64,000 nt of DNA from Owenia fusiformis (Eukaryota), in the NCBI GenBank assembly GCA_903813345.2, contig CAIIXF020000001.1, positions 47,740,001 through 47,804,000 of the forward strand, written 5' to 3'. The notes under the pieces are model-generated. The model was not told the DNA's origin and did not search any database. It was given only the letters and a program-made list of their open reading frames with translations. Every line of letters starts with the position of its first letter. Within the stretch, counting starts at the first letter, position 1. Shown here in pieces: positions 40,901 to 54,009 of the stretch. Both the position numbers and the translations under genes were made by a program.

Positions 40901-42126
40901 AATTATATGATTTACTGCAAAATAAGCTTCACAATTAAAATTTGTATGATACAAAATCAACCCCTTAATTGGCATATTTGGAAAATAGACACGGCAAGAA
41001 ATGCTGTGAATGTCAATTTGCGGTAACTTTAATAAAAGTTTACATCAACTCGTCTCTTATGCTGCAAAGGTCTTCTAGAGGACCTCCATGGTCCAGTTGC
41101 CCTTTGCATTCGTTCGACTTCACTTCTTAAAAGAGAGCTTCGTAGTTTATAACTAGACTCTGCGTGCAGGGTAGTTGCTAATCGACAATCAAATAAGTTT
41201 TATTGACATTTTGCACTTGTTTATTTAAGGTACAATCTACGATATACGTCAGTCTTATGATGACGTATTCTATGTCATCGGAACTCTGTACCTCTTGGGA
41301 ACAGTTATATTTGGGACGATAATACTAATTGGGAGACTGCGAGATAAAAATAAACTTGAATACGAAGAGTTCAACGACGAACCTGTCACAAACTACAAAG
41401 ACACTTTCAGAGTGACAAAGCGGTCTATATCTACGGGAAATATGGATAGCGATGACGACAGTAGCCGTTGTAGTAGCTCTGACAACAAACCAATACGTTG
41501 TTCTGAGAATACACCCATTGGGCAACCTTAACTCACCATACCAAATGTGACAAACATAACAGGCACATAGAATTTGTCTGCCTGGAATGCTGGCATGCAT
41601 TGAAGAGATACATCTTGCTGTAATCATTCTGTGTCGCCAAGGTTCCACAAGCTTCGTACAATTGGACCAAATGAAGTTTTTGTTGTAACTAATTAGTTCC
41701 GTCTAATGCCTCAGCCATTTGATCTACGGCAAACGTACGGCGGCCATAGCTTCCCAAAATCGAGAGAAATATGCTGCATGAAATATAGGCATTATGATGT
41801 AGATTTGCTATATCGATTTTATGAAGCTACGGGCGCCATACGCCCGTCGTAAGAGCAAATGTAACTAAGGCTTAAATATCTTTGTAAAGTGAATCAAAAT
41901 CAATAGAATACTGTATAAAGTAATAGAATAGAATAATAGATAGGATGTATACGTATGACATTACACCTGCACACAGATTGCATCTGTGAATCGTTGTCAA
42001 AAGAATTTACCCACCAGTTATCATAGATATGTACTTTAGTTGTTTGAATTATTGGAAATATAGTTTAGATTTACCACTTATGCATATTTGTTTATTATCC
42101 CAACGAACGAAGTTCGGTAGGGATAT
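37969..42126 (+). repeat. Tandem duplication unit C (partial: gene plus 3' flank)
   Basis: Matches 3312-8532 apart from indels; homology stops just after the HINE 5' terminal hairpin. Confidence 0.9.
38214..41531 (+). CDS. SLC16-like transporter, copy 3, 501 aa, altered N-terminus
   Basis: Exons 38214-38406, 38750-39061, 39238-39566, 39939-40167, 40459-40599, 41230-41531; open frame; ATG two codons upstream of the copy 1/2 start position (here TTG) plus a 21-bp in-frame deletion. Confidence 0.83.
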
Positions 42127-42372
42127 TGTAAAGCCCTCCGTCCGTCCGTCCGTCCGTCCGTCCGTCCGTCCGTCCGTCAGTATGTCCGTCCGGAAGATAT
42201 CTCGAATGCGAGTGGACGGATTTTCTTCATATTTGGTGGAAAGATGTATATTGGTTCATAGTTGTACGCAACAAAAAAATCCAAAATGGCCGCCACTTTA
42301 AAATGGCGGGATTTTTTCATTTTAAACCAAAGTAATGAACATTATTGTTTGAAATTTTGATAGTATATTCAC
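42094..42372 (+). mobile_element. HINE-like element, different body from the 8500/26251 copies
   Basis: Same hairpin terminus, (CCGT)n, then ccggaagatatctcg body; right end approximate. Confidence 0.7.
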
Positions 42373-42729
42373 AACATCTATCTATTTTATATATATTCCG
42401 AGTTTCTTACCATGACACCCAGGGGCCGTGTATGGCGATCGGGAGAACAGGAATTTGCGTTAATTGTGAGATCTTTCTGAAGTATAGCTTTATTATACTC
42501 AATATAGGTTGCAAATATTGTGTTGTTTTTGTAATTTGAGCCTCGTAAAATTCAAAATAGCCGCCTATATATGCCTTTGAAACTTTTAAATGGTCACCCA
42601 AATGCTTAAATTAGTAAAAAAATTGTTTTTGTGACAAATACACAGATTCATAGTGTTTGTTGGGTTTGCTACTCCATGGAGTTGCCGTTTTCTAGTTACA
42701 AATAATGGAAATATTACACTCGACATAGT

Positions 42730-42953
42730 CTACCAATAGACGACATAGCATCAATTCAAACTACATTATGGAGCGTCTGGAGCGATGCAACATGCATAGT
42801 CCACTCTCTGATCATCACGGCACGTGTCTAACGTATCATCGCCCACTCCAGCCTCAGTACAAGGAAACGGTCGGTAGGTTTCCTCTGTGCAGAGACGTTC
42901 ACCTGTGAAGCTCTCACAGAAGTCCTGGCATTCAGCGGGACACTGCCCTAGAG
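42730..42953 (+). pseudogene. Possible degenerate thrombospondin-type-1/spondin-like exon
   Basis: Translates PID..WSVWSDATC..*..TRKRSV..C..TCEALTE, ending at ag|gtatg; internal stops; weak. Confidence 0.25.
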
Positions 42954-43636
42954 GTATGAATAATTAAACATGTACATATGGTCGTAATTTATTAAATTAA
43001 ATCCTACCATTGGGAACGACGTAAGACCTTTTCAACGTATGATATTCTGATGGAAGTCCGTGGAGCAAACTAATTTGTATTATAGGGCCAATTATAATAT
43101 ATTGCGTAAAATCTAAAATTATATGAATGTGATATGAAATCATTAAAAATGCTATTTGATTTTACATTGTATTTCCTGAATAACATACCTTTAACTGCAG
43201 CAGCTGTTAGGAGCAAGATAACGAAGCACAATTTCAACATCGCAACTACTGTATACTTGATGGCTATGTAAAACTGGTCTTTAAAAATAAGCTAGCTGTT
43301 ACCTAAAATGTCAATCAAAGTTAATGATTGACATCTTAATTTAACACACAAAGAGTTCATTTACGTGGCATATGTGATAATGTACCATATGTGAAAAGTA
43401 GTGCAATCACATATATACCATTGGGATGGGTTTAGGTCAGCTATATTCAGTCATCGATATTTTCAGTTATGGTCTTATTGTACCTTCCAGTATTTCAAAA
43501 TCGTTTGACTGCTCGTATCTTAAACGTTTGTGGCGTCAACGGCACAAAATCGAGTCTGAACCCTCTTGGGTCGGGAGAGGCAGCAGGCGCACTTTCGACC
43601 GGAAGTATATTAAATTGTTTGACGATGTTAGCACTG

Positions 43637-44509
43637 ACGTGTCGCAAAAAGGTGGCGCATTTGTTTTTTAAGGGTATCGCGTGAATGTAACTTTGATTCC
43701 CCGGATTATAAGATAATATTCTAATTAAAGTTATATATCATTTTAAAGCTGTTTCGATGAAGTTTTTAGATCAACTACACTCCGTTCACGATTCTTGCGA
43801 GTTCTTTTTTAAAAAAGACATCTGGCAAATATCCCCTGTTGACACGTTACATTTTGAATTATTTTTCGTCTTTAAACGCTCATAACTCAAACAATATATG
43901 ACTACTAAACTTATTTTCCATCTTGATAAAGGTAGATGGAAGTTTTATTTCAAAGGATGAATTTTAGTAAGCGTCCTATATTGTGACGTCATAGAGTTTG
44001 AAAAATAGAATCTGTTGACAGCGACCTTTTTTGCTCATTTATTGTTACCTTCAACTTTTCAGGTGTACATTAAACAAAAAATACGAAATCAATTTTTAAT
44101 AAATCATACATGATTATTTTGCTCTTAAACTCTAGTTTATTAATAAATAGTTGATTTTGTTCGCAAAAGTATGTGTTTTCTGTTGTATGTGGAAAAGTGG
44201 AGGACGAAAGGTTTTCAAAATTCATTAAAATAGGGCTAATTTACGCCATTCGCCTATTTTCAAGCACAGCAACACGTATATTTATTTCACCTAAAATATC
44301 AATTGATTGGTGTTTTATGATGCTCCTATCCCATTGTTTATACATATACGATATCAGAGTTATTCGCCTTAAATATTTTGAGATATAGAGGCAAATATGG
44401 AGGACGAAAGAATTTCATATGTGTACATTTTCCTCAAAAAACGTCACATTCTGTGGTGTTAAAAAGCGAAAATGTGTAACAATGCGTGCGCGACCTTTTT
44501 GCGAAACGT
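43637..44509. mobile_element. 873-bp MITE inserted in the last exon of the CYP pseudogene
   Basis: TIRs acgt(g/t)tcgcaaaaaggt.gcgca; CACTG duplicated at 43632-43636 and 44510-44514 (TSD length ambiguous because the target is quasi-palindromic). Confidence 0.85.
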
Positions 44510-44946
44510 CACTGAACAGAAACGACCGGGTCATAGCCAACAGCTCTCCAGGACAAACCCTCCTTCCACCGCCAGATGGCATCATTCATTTACAAAAATA
44601 TGAATTCAGTGGCGGACACAAGAAATTGGCAAGGGGGGGAGTGGGAAAATACAATATTGAAAAACGCCGGCGTTTTACTTTTACCTCACATTTCCTTAGA
44701 AATACTTTCTTTCTTCTATAGAAACTAGCTGACTATTATCGTCTAGCCATCGTTCTGGCTTGAATTCCCATGGATCTCTGAATACTGAGTCGTCATGGTA
44801 CATTGAGGATAGAGGTTTATAAAGACCTATATAAAAATTATTTTATAATCTGAGAGAAAATCAACTGTGCGTAATCCACATGGAGAAACAAATCTTTAAA
44901 GAATAGGCTCAGACTAGGGTTTTAAATATTCGAATAGCTCTTTATA

Positions 44947-46766
44947 TAGGGCGTCAAATAAGTCTGTTCTCCCCTCTTAACTTTTTTAATTTAGAAATAA
45001 CATATACACGGTGATATATAGGCTTATTATATATAATCTTAAATGGAATTTAATTTGCTGATCACACACCAAAGGATTGGTATCGATATGGAGAACTGAA
45101 TTCAACAATGTTTTTCTCTTAAACCAATTATTTAAAACATTCTGTAAAAACCACGGTCCTTTATGTGATGTTGACCGATGGACAAAAATTTAATGCGAAA
45201 ATAATTCATATATTTTATATAACTGTTTTTGTTGAACATTTTTGTTTTTTAGTGCAATTGTTTTTTGTTCCTTTTTACGATTTCTTGAGAATGAAATAAA
45301 ATACACGTTGTGTTTATGTCATTTTGTTCCAATGAGGTTCGGATAGATGTTTCATTTCATTCCGAACATATGATGATACCAAAGAACAAAAGAAGTGTTC
45401 GATGTGTTTTCTAAAACAATATAGAGAAAAGTGCATATATTTATTTCAAATTACATTGTTACCATTTAAAAGAGGACCATTAAATTAGCAATGTGTAAAA
45501 TCTTCAGAATTTTTTGATGACTGGTTTAAGAGAAACGTGTGTTCAAAAAGTTCGCCATATCGATACCCATCGTTTCGGAGAGTTTGGTTAAATTCCAATT
45601 TTTTAGAGCATTTTTATTGATGTCCATATTTCACATTTTTAATAGTTCGTACGTTTCCCCCAAGTAGCTCTGACAGCCTCAATTTTACGAAGATACGATT
45701 CAAAAATGTTCACAAGCAGGGATGTTTCACTTTCCAGGCTTCTAAATGTTTTCTTGTTACACTTGAGCAATGTTTCATGGCTATGAAGTTTCTCCTCTGG
45801 TTGATCTTCTATAAATTTTTCGACCATGTCCTTCATAATTGCAGTATCAACTTTTCACCGTTCATTCGCTACCCTGGTAGATAATAAATTGATCATTTCA
45901 TCAGTGTAAGCGAAGTACTAACTTGAAGAAAGCATAAAATAGTAGTTTAAACTCAATTACCATGATGCGAATAGTTATCATTTTCACCACCTGGTGGCTG
46001 ATTTGGGGTAAATAACAAAGCAGGGTATTAAAAAGTTCCTTTGAACTTGAATATTCATCAGTTTTAGTTCTTCAGTTTCCATATTACCTTTATGATAGTT
46101 CTACAAATTTAAATATGTCCAGTAAAGGAATTGATAAACAGTTTTTGAAACCACATTTCTAGATGTAATTTTGCATGCAGATTTCAAACATACAGTATAA
46201 CCTTACAAGAACACGCGGTCCTAACTTCGACCGTTAATTTGAATTTTAGACCTCCCGGATGTTTGAAAACCAAGGATTGCGAGTCTCATACTACACCGTT
46301 TTTCTTCAAAATTGTAACATTCAAATCAAAAGAAAATTGCCTTTCTGTGTGCATTGCTTTATTGTACAGAGTCCCTCGTTTTAGCAGCATTTTGGTCCCC
46401 CTGTGAGAAGCCCTTCTAACAGCTGGGGACCAAAATGCCGCTGAAAGTATAGGACTCTCTATAACAGAGTAATGTACCAACAGAAAGGCTGTTTTGTTAA
46501 GCTTTGAACGGAACAAGTTTGAAGAGAAACGGTGCAGTATGAGACTCGCAATCCTTGATTCTCAAACGTCCGGTAGGTCTAAAATTCAAACGGTCGAAGT
46601 TAGTACCGCGTGAAGAAACATTGTAGCAATTTTATTAGGAAGAGTTCATTATTGAATTTAAAGGGTGATCAGCATTTTCCATAAGCTTTCAAATGATATA
46701 TGGGAAAGTATGATCACCTAAAATATAAAAAAGTTAAGGGGGTGAACAGACTTGTTTGACGCCCTG
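44947..46766 (-). mobile_element. Tc1-like deletion derivative
   Basis: TA-flanked TIRs (c/t)agggcgtcaaa(c/t)aagtctgttc; relic ORF 45639-45836 ends ESYLRKIEAVRATWGKRTNY, like Tc1 transposase C-termini. Confidence 0.82.
46212..46612. mobile_element. 401-bp MITE, ~100-bp TIRs, CAC..GTG ends, 5-bp TSD (Transib-like), nested in the Tc1 element
   Basis: aagaa|cacgcggtcctaacttcgaccg ... cggtcgaagttagtaccgcgtg|aagaa. Confidence 0.85.
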
Positions 46767-48853
46767 TATTTATCATAATATGCCTAAATATTTTAGACTG
46801 GGGATACTCTGTCGTATCTCAGCATCATAGAAAGGAACTTACCACTCCCGTTAGTATGTTGATAATGCACACATAGATTGCTTGATCAGGATCAAACACA
46901 GCGCAATCTATTTCCGAAAACTTGCGCATGCATTCATCAATCTCCTCTGAAGCAATTCGGATTATCTGTTCCTTCTCGTCGCCATAGTATCGAAGGCCTT
47001 TGTAAACTATTTTTTCAAACGTTTGAAATCATCCGGGAAATCTCTAAATATGATGTCTTTTTAGGAGAAAAGATATCCTATATTAAACGTATCACTTGGT
47101 CGAGCTGAAATATTGACACGATCAGTATTTGTTATTCTTTAGTGAAATCAATGTACTAGAGATGGTATATATATTTACAATGTTCTCTGCAAGGAAAAAA
47201 AGACAACTTGGTGACATTTATCTATTTCAACATCAACGTTGATAACATGTTTAGTTTATAGATGTCACTTGTGTGTGTAAATAAGAAGTTCAGTCCACGC
47301 TCGCATTCGCAAATTCAACCGCCAGCTGTCGGACGATTTAATCGCAATTCTATGGCCTCAAATATCGCGCTGATCTGGGGACGAGTCGTTTTGGGGACAA
47401 GTTGTCATCAGGCCCAGTTGACAAGTGACCATTGAACATCAAACTTTTAATATTCGGGCCTAGACATAGGAAATCCGGTCTTATCACAAAAATTAACTGT
47501 GCTACAGAGCCAAAAATGTGCACAAGATTAAGAGTAAAATGTGCTAAATTCAAATCCGACTTTTAGGTCTCCATATGCACGGAACCATGGCTCTTTTGAA
47601 AGGTCTCTTTGTGCTTTTTAAGATAAACAAAAAAATCAGAATATTGAAAAAATCTGTGATAAGACCTTTTTCCCGCGGCCTGGCTCATTCCTTAAATATG
47701 AATATGAATATGAATAGTTGCATAGTTAAAAGTCTACACGATCATTGTAGTGCTGAAGTATAATGAAAAGAAACGTTACAAATTTATTTGATTTCCTAAT
47801 CAAGGCCTCGTTTATTGCTCTCTGACTATTGAGGACCACGACATATTCACCCGCGAGATTTAGGGAAATACTTTTCCATAGGTTTTACTCCAACCCAAAA
47901 ACTGTTCGTATAGGTTTATCATGTCTATTTGCAATGCATTTCCAAGAAGAGGAATTCCTTTTGGACCGGGATCTTGGATAGTATCCTCAATTTGCTGTTG
48001 GTGACTTTTCTCATATATAGCAGTATAATATCACAGCTACTAGTGCGGATAAAACGCAAAGCATAGCCATAGCCATACGTACTATGTACATGTAGGAATT
48101 CACGAAAGTCAGGGGTAAGCCATGAAATACGGCAATAATAGTGTTGTCCATGCCCTTTAGATCATAAACATATTTAATGTTTTATTGATTGTTGACGTTA
48201 ACCAAAGCCCTCATTTTGAATTTAAACTGTTTCTATGTGTGTTGTGTACATAAAACGATAGTTTATTACATACAGTCATGTAGATTAACAAACAAACAGA
48301 AACTTAATTGAATTTTATGAAAAATGAACGTTCTGAGGATGTCTAAACCCTTTTGGAATATACTGATGAAAAGTCGCAGAATACCGTTTTAAGTTCGAAT
48401 AGAAAATTAAAAGTTCAAAAATGAAAATTTACAAAATGTGTACAAATGTTGGTTCGATGTCATGTACTTATTACTTAACACTTTTGAATATAGAGTTCAA
48501 CATATTATGTTTCTTATTTGGCACACGTTTTTTACTTGTTCTCAACGTTTGCTTTGAATTTTTTTCGTTGATCTAATGCTTTTGTTTTTTTAACATTGAA
48601 TTTTGGAGCCATTTTAACAATAATGAAATGGTGTAACACTGGTTATCAAGTGTGATGTAGCGTCCATCTTTGAGTTAATATATATGTAACCCATCTTCGC
48701 ACCCTCGGTCTTCACTGCGACCGACGGGAGCCGAGTGAACGAAGATGAACGTATGTAACTTGGATTCTACTTTCTGCAGTTTATTGCTATCTGTTTGCTA
48801 TCTGTTTCCAAGTTTCTCACTCCAGGCAAATCCTTCGGTATATTTGTAAATAT

Positions 48854-51852
48854 TCAAAGTCTTTTGACTGCACGAATTTTAAACTTATTTGGTTCCAACA
48901 CAATACCAAGTTTGAACCCTCGTGGGTCAGGGCATGCAGGCTCCCCCTCAACAGGAAGTATATTGAATCGTTTGAGGATGTTAGCGCTGAAAAGAAACAT
49001 ACGGGTCGTTGCCAAAAGCTCTCCCGGACAGGCCCTCCTTCCACCACCAAAAGGCACCACCCTAAACAAAACATACTAAAAGTGAACTTCTCTTCATACT
49101 GTACATGTATATGGGCGCACGAACATAAACCCTTTTATTGTATATCAAAAATGATAATGACGAAAACGTCTCCTACTTGTTTCTTTCTTCTATAGACACC
49201 AACTGACCATCATCGTCTAACCATCGTTCTGGCTTGAATTCCCATGGGTCTCTGAATACAGAGTCATCATGGTGCATTGCATAAAGGTTCATGAAAACCT
49301 GTAAAAACGTTATTTCATGAGTATGCAAATCAGCTGTGCCAGCAGGACGGGCCAAAACACGTCCACACTTTTGTTTTTGCTACAACGTTGTTGCTAAATG
49401 GCAGACAATGTAATTATGACACAAGAAGATAAAATAATGGATATTTTTCCATATCATGGGTTGGCATTATATCAACTAAGTGCAAAATATGTTTGAAACA
49501 AATATCAATATATCTAACTATCTAACTTAATAACGAACTACAATGCATAAAAATAGGTTCCATGATTATTTAAGAGCTATAAAATGATTCACAAACCATA
49601 AAACTCAACTCCAATACTTTTTCGTCATATGCAAAAGCCCAAAAGTGTTGATTAAGCAATGTAATATTATGCAATAAGCTCAAAACATATATAGCAAACT
49701 CATGTTTTGGATGGTCACAACCTCATGATATGAAATATCCCATGGAGTCATCAATAGTCATACATATTTTATGAATCATACATCATTATGTTGGAAATAT
49801 AATTGTCTTTCTAATGATATATAATATATGGATATTTCAAACATATCAGCAACGATATTACAAAAGTAAAAACGTGGACGTTTTTTGGCCCACCTTGTAT
49901 GTACAGAGAGGAGAAACAAATCCATTTTTAAGCAGACTCAGATTTCGCATTTTTACAAATTATACCTGCGTGTTCTTTGGGATATCGTAGCCCACGACAG
50001 AAGTATCGACGGTAGTTTTGTGTGGAACAGCGAGTGGGACATGAGAAATATACCTCAACAATTCAAGAAGTGTTGCGTTCAAATAGGGCATCTCTTCTCT
50101 GTATTCCATTTTGACCTCTCTTTGACCAATGACTGTATCAACCTCGTTCTGAAGTTTCTTTTGGACATCTGGGTACGTTATTAACGTAAGGAGAAACGTC
50201 GCAAAAGATACGTGCGAGGTGACAAGTCCAGCACCATACAGATTGCCCAAGATGTAAATTACTGCTTTTTTGTCAAAGGATCCCTCTGGAAATGTCATCT
50301 CGGATATGAAGTGATCAAGAAGATGTCGTTTGTTGTCTGGATCATAGTCTTTCTACAACACAAATAAAGGATGGTACAAGCAAAACTTGCATTGGGGAAC
50401 TGTATAGTTCAGATTATGATTCTTGATTGCAACAAGAGACTTGTACTTTGAATAATCTAATCTTCAAATTGGTTTTGATTTCAGGTCAAAAACTCGCAAA
50501 TTTTACTACCTTGGAATCTTCAATGATTTCCTCCATGATGTCATTCCGATATTTCATTCCTTTTTGCATGCTTTTGAAGGTTTCGTTTCCGAAAAAACGT
50601 AAAAATGGAAACATATCTATCTCCGCTCCTTTACCAGCCGAGAAGGACGCTGTAAATGCATCTTGCATCTCGACTAAATCTGCAAATCGCTTGTTCGTCT
50701 CATCCAATCGTTTCCCCTCGATCTGTTATAAATAATCGACGATGCACGTATGAATACAATGGGGATAAATGGACAGTTGGAGATATGCGGCTTGGGCTCA
50801 ATCAGCATTGGTTATAGATGCGAATAGCAGCAATCTTTATTTTCCATTTAATCAAACTGCTACTTACCAAACCAACAAGTATGTTGATTATACACACATA
50901 GATTGCAGGGTCAGGATCAAAAGCCATACCATCTGTTTCCGAAAACTTGCGCATGCATTCATCAATCTCCTCTGTAGCAATTCGGATTATCTGTTCCTTC
51001 TCGTCGCCATAGTATCGAAGGCCTTTGTAAACTATTTTTTTCAAACGTTTGAAGTCATCTGTAAAATCTCTAAATATGATGTCCTTTTGGGAGAAAAGAT
51101 ATTGTATTCTAAATGATTCACCTGGTCGACCTGAAATACGAAGAATACTTAAATTAATTATCTAAGATGCGCAATAAATTGTTCAGTAGCCAGTTTTTAT
51201 CAAAGGGATAAAATCATTTAAATCTTATACGGGTGACCGAAATGGATGTAAATGGCAATTTCACCTAACGTTTTTGAACATTGCTAAAGATAGATTTTGC
51301 CAAAACCCTGTTTTAAGTGAATTGAAAATCATTTTGGCCCAAATTGACAGTTATGACAAATGGCCAATTTTCGAAAAGATGTCTGTATTGAACGATTTCT
51401 CAAAGCTTGCTTGCATAAACACGTCTCTTCATGATACACAGACTCAACATATCAATTAGTGACTCACTTGCAAAAAGGCCAAAATCTAAAGTTTCTTCAA
51501 GATGGTGACAGCTTGATACAAAACCGAGTTTACCTGCAAAGTCAGTGGATTTCCTAATAAGGGCCTCGTTTATGGCTTCGTGGCTATTGAGGACCACGAC
51601 AGATTCTCCTGCAAGATTTAACAAGAATATTTCTCCATATGTTTTACTCCAACCCAAAAACTGGTCGTGTATTTTTACCATATCTATTTGCAATGCATTT
51701 CCAAGAATTGGAATTCCCTTTGGGCCAGGGATCCTAGAAAGTATCCTCGATTTACTGTCTGTTGCATGTGTAATATAGTAGTATAATATTGCAGCTACCA
51801 GTGCTGCTAAAACGTACAGCACGACCATGCTTCTTAGATATGATATTGTCAT
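48854..51852 (-). CDS. Cytochrome P450, clan-2-like (CYP17/CYP1/CYP2-related), 6 exons, 503 aa
   Basis: Exons 51852-51534, 51130-50868, 50722-50510, 50352-49966, 49298-49177, 49061-48854; 1512 nt, GT-AG, phases consistent. TM anchor, IPGPKGIPILGN, DFAGRP, ELLR, KPERW, heme motif PFGGGRRACPGE. Confidence 0.93.
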
Positions 51853-53074
51853 TGAAGCTCTAAAAACTTAAATTGAACTCCAAAACTAATGTAAGGCTTG
51901 TTATTCGGCATCGTTAACATATTTTGAGTTAATGTGTAGTTTGAGAGTAAAAACACTTAAAGCTCAACTGAACAATCTAGATAACGTAAAACATTAAACA
52001 AAATTTATGTCGAGGACAGGTGCAGTGTAAAGTCTAAAGGGCAAGTTAAGCTAACTTTGCTCATATACACTTTTTATTGCTACCTTGCAATTCCAAATGT
52101 AAAAATGTCGAAAATTGATGATGATTTGATAAGTTTTTGAAAATAGCCATTCCCATGTAAACCAATGGAAAATGGAAAGTATGCCGCAAGTCATATAATC
52201 AAATATCCATCTATCCGAGTTCTCCCAAAAATACAAGTTAACTAAACAATTGAATTTGCTCATCTGTTTATCTAACACAAAATTAATGTTTTTCTTCAAG
52301 TTTAAAAAAGTCAAAATAATTTTTAAGAAAACTCTCCTATTGAAGTAGAAATGATTTCCAAAATTGATTTTCAAGCTCTGTAACGATCTTTTCTTGAATA
52401 GATACCCTGAAATCTGATTTTCCCCCCACCCACTATTTCCGATTGGTTTAGGAATGACGATTTTCAAAAGTTGTCAAAGTCATCAATTTTCGACCTATTG
52501 TAATTGAGGAAAGTTTTCTAAAAAAACAATTGGCAAAACTGTCACATGACTTCGCAGTTAAAAAAATAACAGGAGTTGTTCTGTGTGCTAATAAGAGATT
52601 CTAACCGTCATTTTATTAAAACGTTACAGCTGCTACAGCAGTAAAGCCCAATCTTGAAGGATGATCGTACAAAAACCAACTATTCTATTCCAGGCCCATG
52701 CAGCCGAATCTTAATATTTCCATAAACGTTCGTGCTTTTTAGTTCCATATACCAATTGAATAAGAATTTCATGTTCTTCACCACGGCCGATGATACTTAG
52801 AGAGGGCTTGTAATAAGATATTTTTCTAGTAAAACATATGACGTTAACGTTAACGTTGGATTACTCTCATCTTTTGGTTTCCTCCTTGGATAAATGAAAA
52901 GTTACGACATATTGACCCTGTATAGGCTACCTCTCAAGAGTCTTGGGATATTTTATTGTTGGATGATCCGCAGCATTGATTATTTGAGTTCTAGTTCACT
53001 GTCACTGGAAAGAAATTTTGCATCAAATTCTATTTTATTTTGTTTTAAGTCTCTGGGCTGATCGTGAATGTTAA

Positions 53075-53856
53075 AGGCCCCATATAAAGTTTAAGCCACT
53101 TTGGCTTATATTGTAGTCTTACCCAATGTTATCAAATTGTGATATGTGAAACTTTTTTTTTTAATTTCAAAAAGTGGTTTTTGATAGATTTTTTGTTCCA
53201 AAATTTGTGAATCTATTTAAAACCAACTTTTAGAGGTCACTCCTCCCATGTTTTTGCCGAAAAAATTAAGAAAATCGGTTCATAAATAAGCAAGAAATGA
53301 ACTTATCAGTGCATGAAAATGGTTCTGAGAAAAATGCATTTCAAAATGTTAGTTCTCATAGAAACCAATGGTACAATGATATCTAAAACATAATTTATTC
53401 TTCCTTTTAACCTGGTTAGACAATCAACGTTGTTTTTTATGAAAGTCTAATATATTTAGAAAAGATTGACATCAAAAAAAAATTTCAATTTTTTTCAAAA
53501 AGTTGTTGCTACCTTAGTGACATCACTAATGTTTCAAAATATTTTTGATATGCTAAAACATTGAAGTGGCCCATTAAATATGGCATTTTATTATTGAAAT
53601 AGTGTGTCCTTTGTTCAATCTTTGCATTGGTGTTAAAAAGATAATATTTTTTGAAATGCATTAAGAAATATTTGATGATTAAGAAATTTCAACTTTTTTT
53701 GAAAATTGGCGGGAAAATTGAATATTTGAGAAATGAAATGCTCACGACTTTTTTTTCAAAAAAGCTTTTTGTTCAAAAATCTCTAAAATCACTTTTAAGT
53801 CCTGACATATAGTGAATGAATGATAAAAAAATATTTTCAAACTTTAGACGGGGACT
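53075..53856. mobile_element. TTAA-flanked (Kolobok-like) MITE
   Basis: ttaa|aggccccatataaagttt ... aaactttagacggggact|ttaa. Confidence 0.6.
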
Positions 53857-54009
53857 TTAACAAACTGTTTTATAAATCCGTTTCTAGTCTATAAAAAATA
53901 CTGCTGCCAAAAAGAGGCTGCCAATCTTTTTTTGATATATAAGCAGCATTTACGAGTCTGAACATTTTAGCTGTTTTAATAGAATAATAGAATGACACAA
54001 CAGGGGATG

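Larger units (their letters stand above)
43495..48150 (-). pseudogene. Cytochrome P450 pseudogene, tandem paralogue of 48854-51852
   Basis: Exon-1-like ~47790-48080 (frameshifts), exon-2-like 46842-47104 (CAA>TAA, -1 frameshift), exon-5-like ~44705-44827, exon-6-like split into 44510-44588 (PSGGGRRVCPGE) and ~43495-43636; exons 3-4 not found. Confidence 0.88.

Noticed and set aside
3565..51852. Transporter array + P450 as a metabolic gene cluster
   Set aside because: Adjacency only; no evidence of shared regulation or pathway.
52051..52467. 138-aa minus-strand ORF upstream of the CYP
   Set aside because: Low-complexity F/I/K/N composition typical of AT-rich non-coding DNA; non-ATG start.
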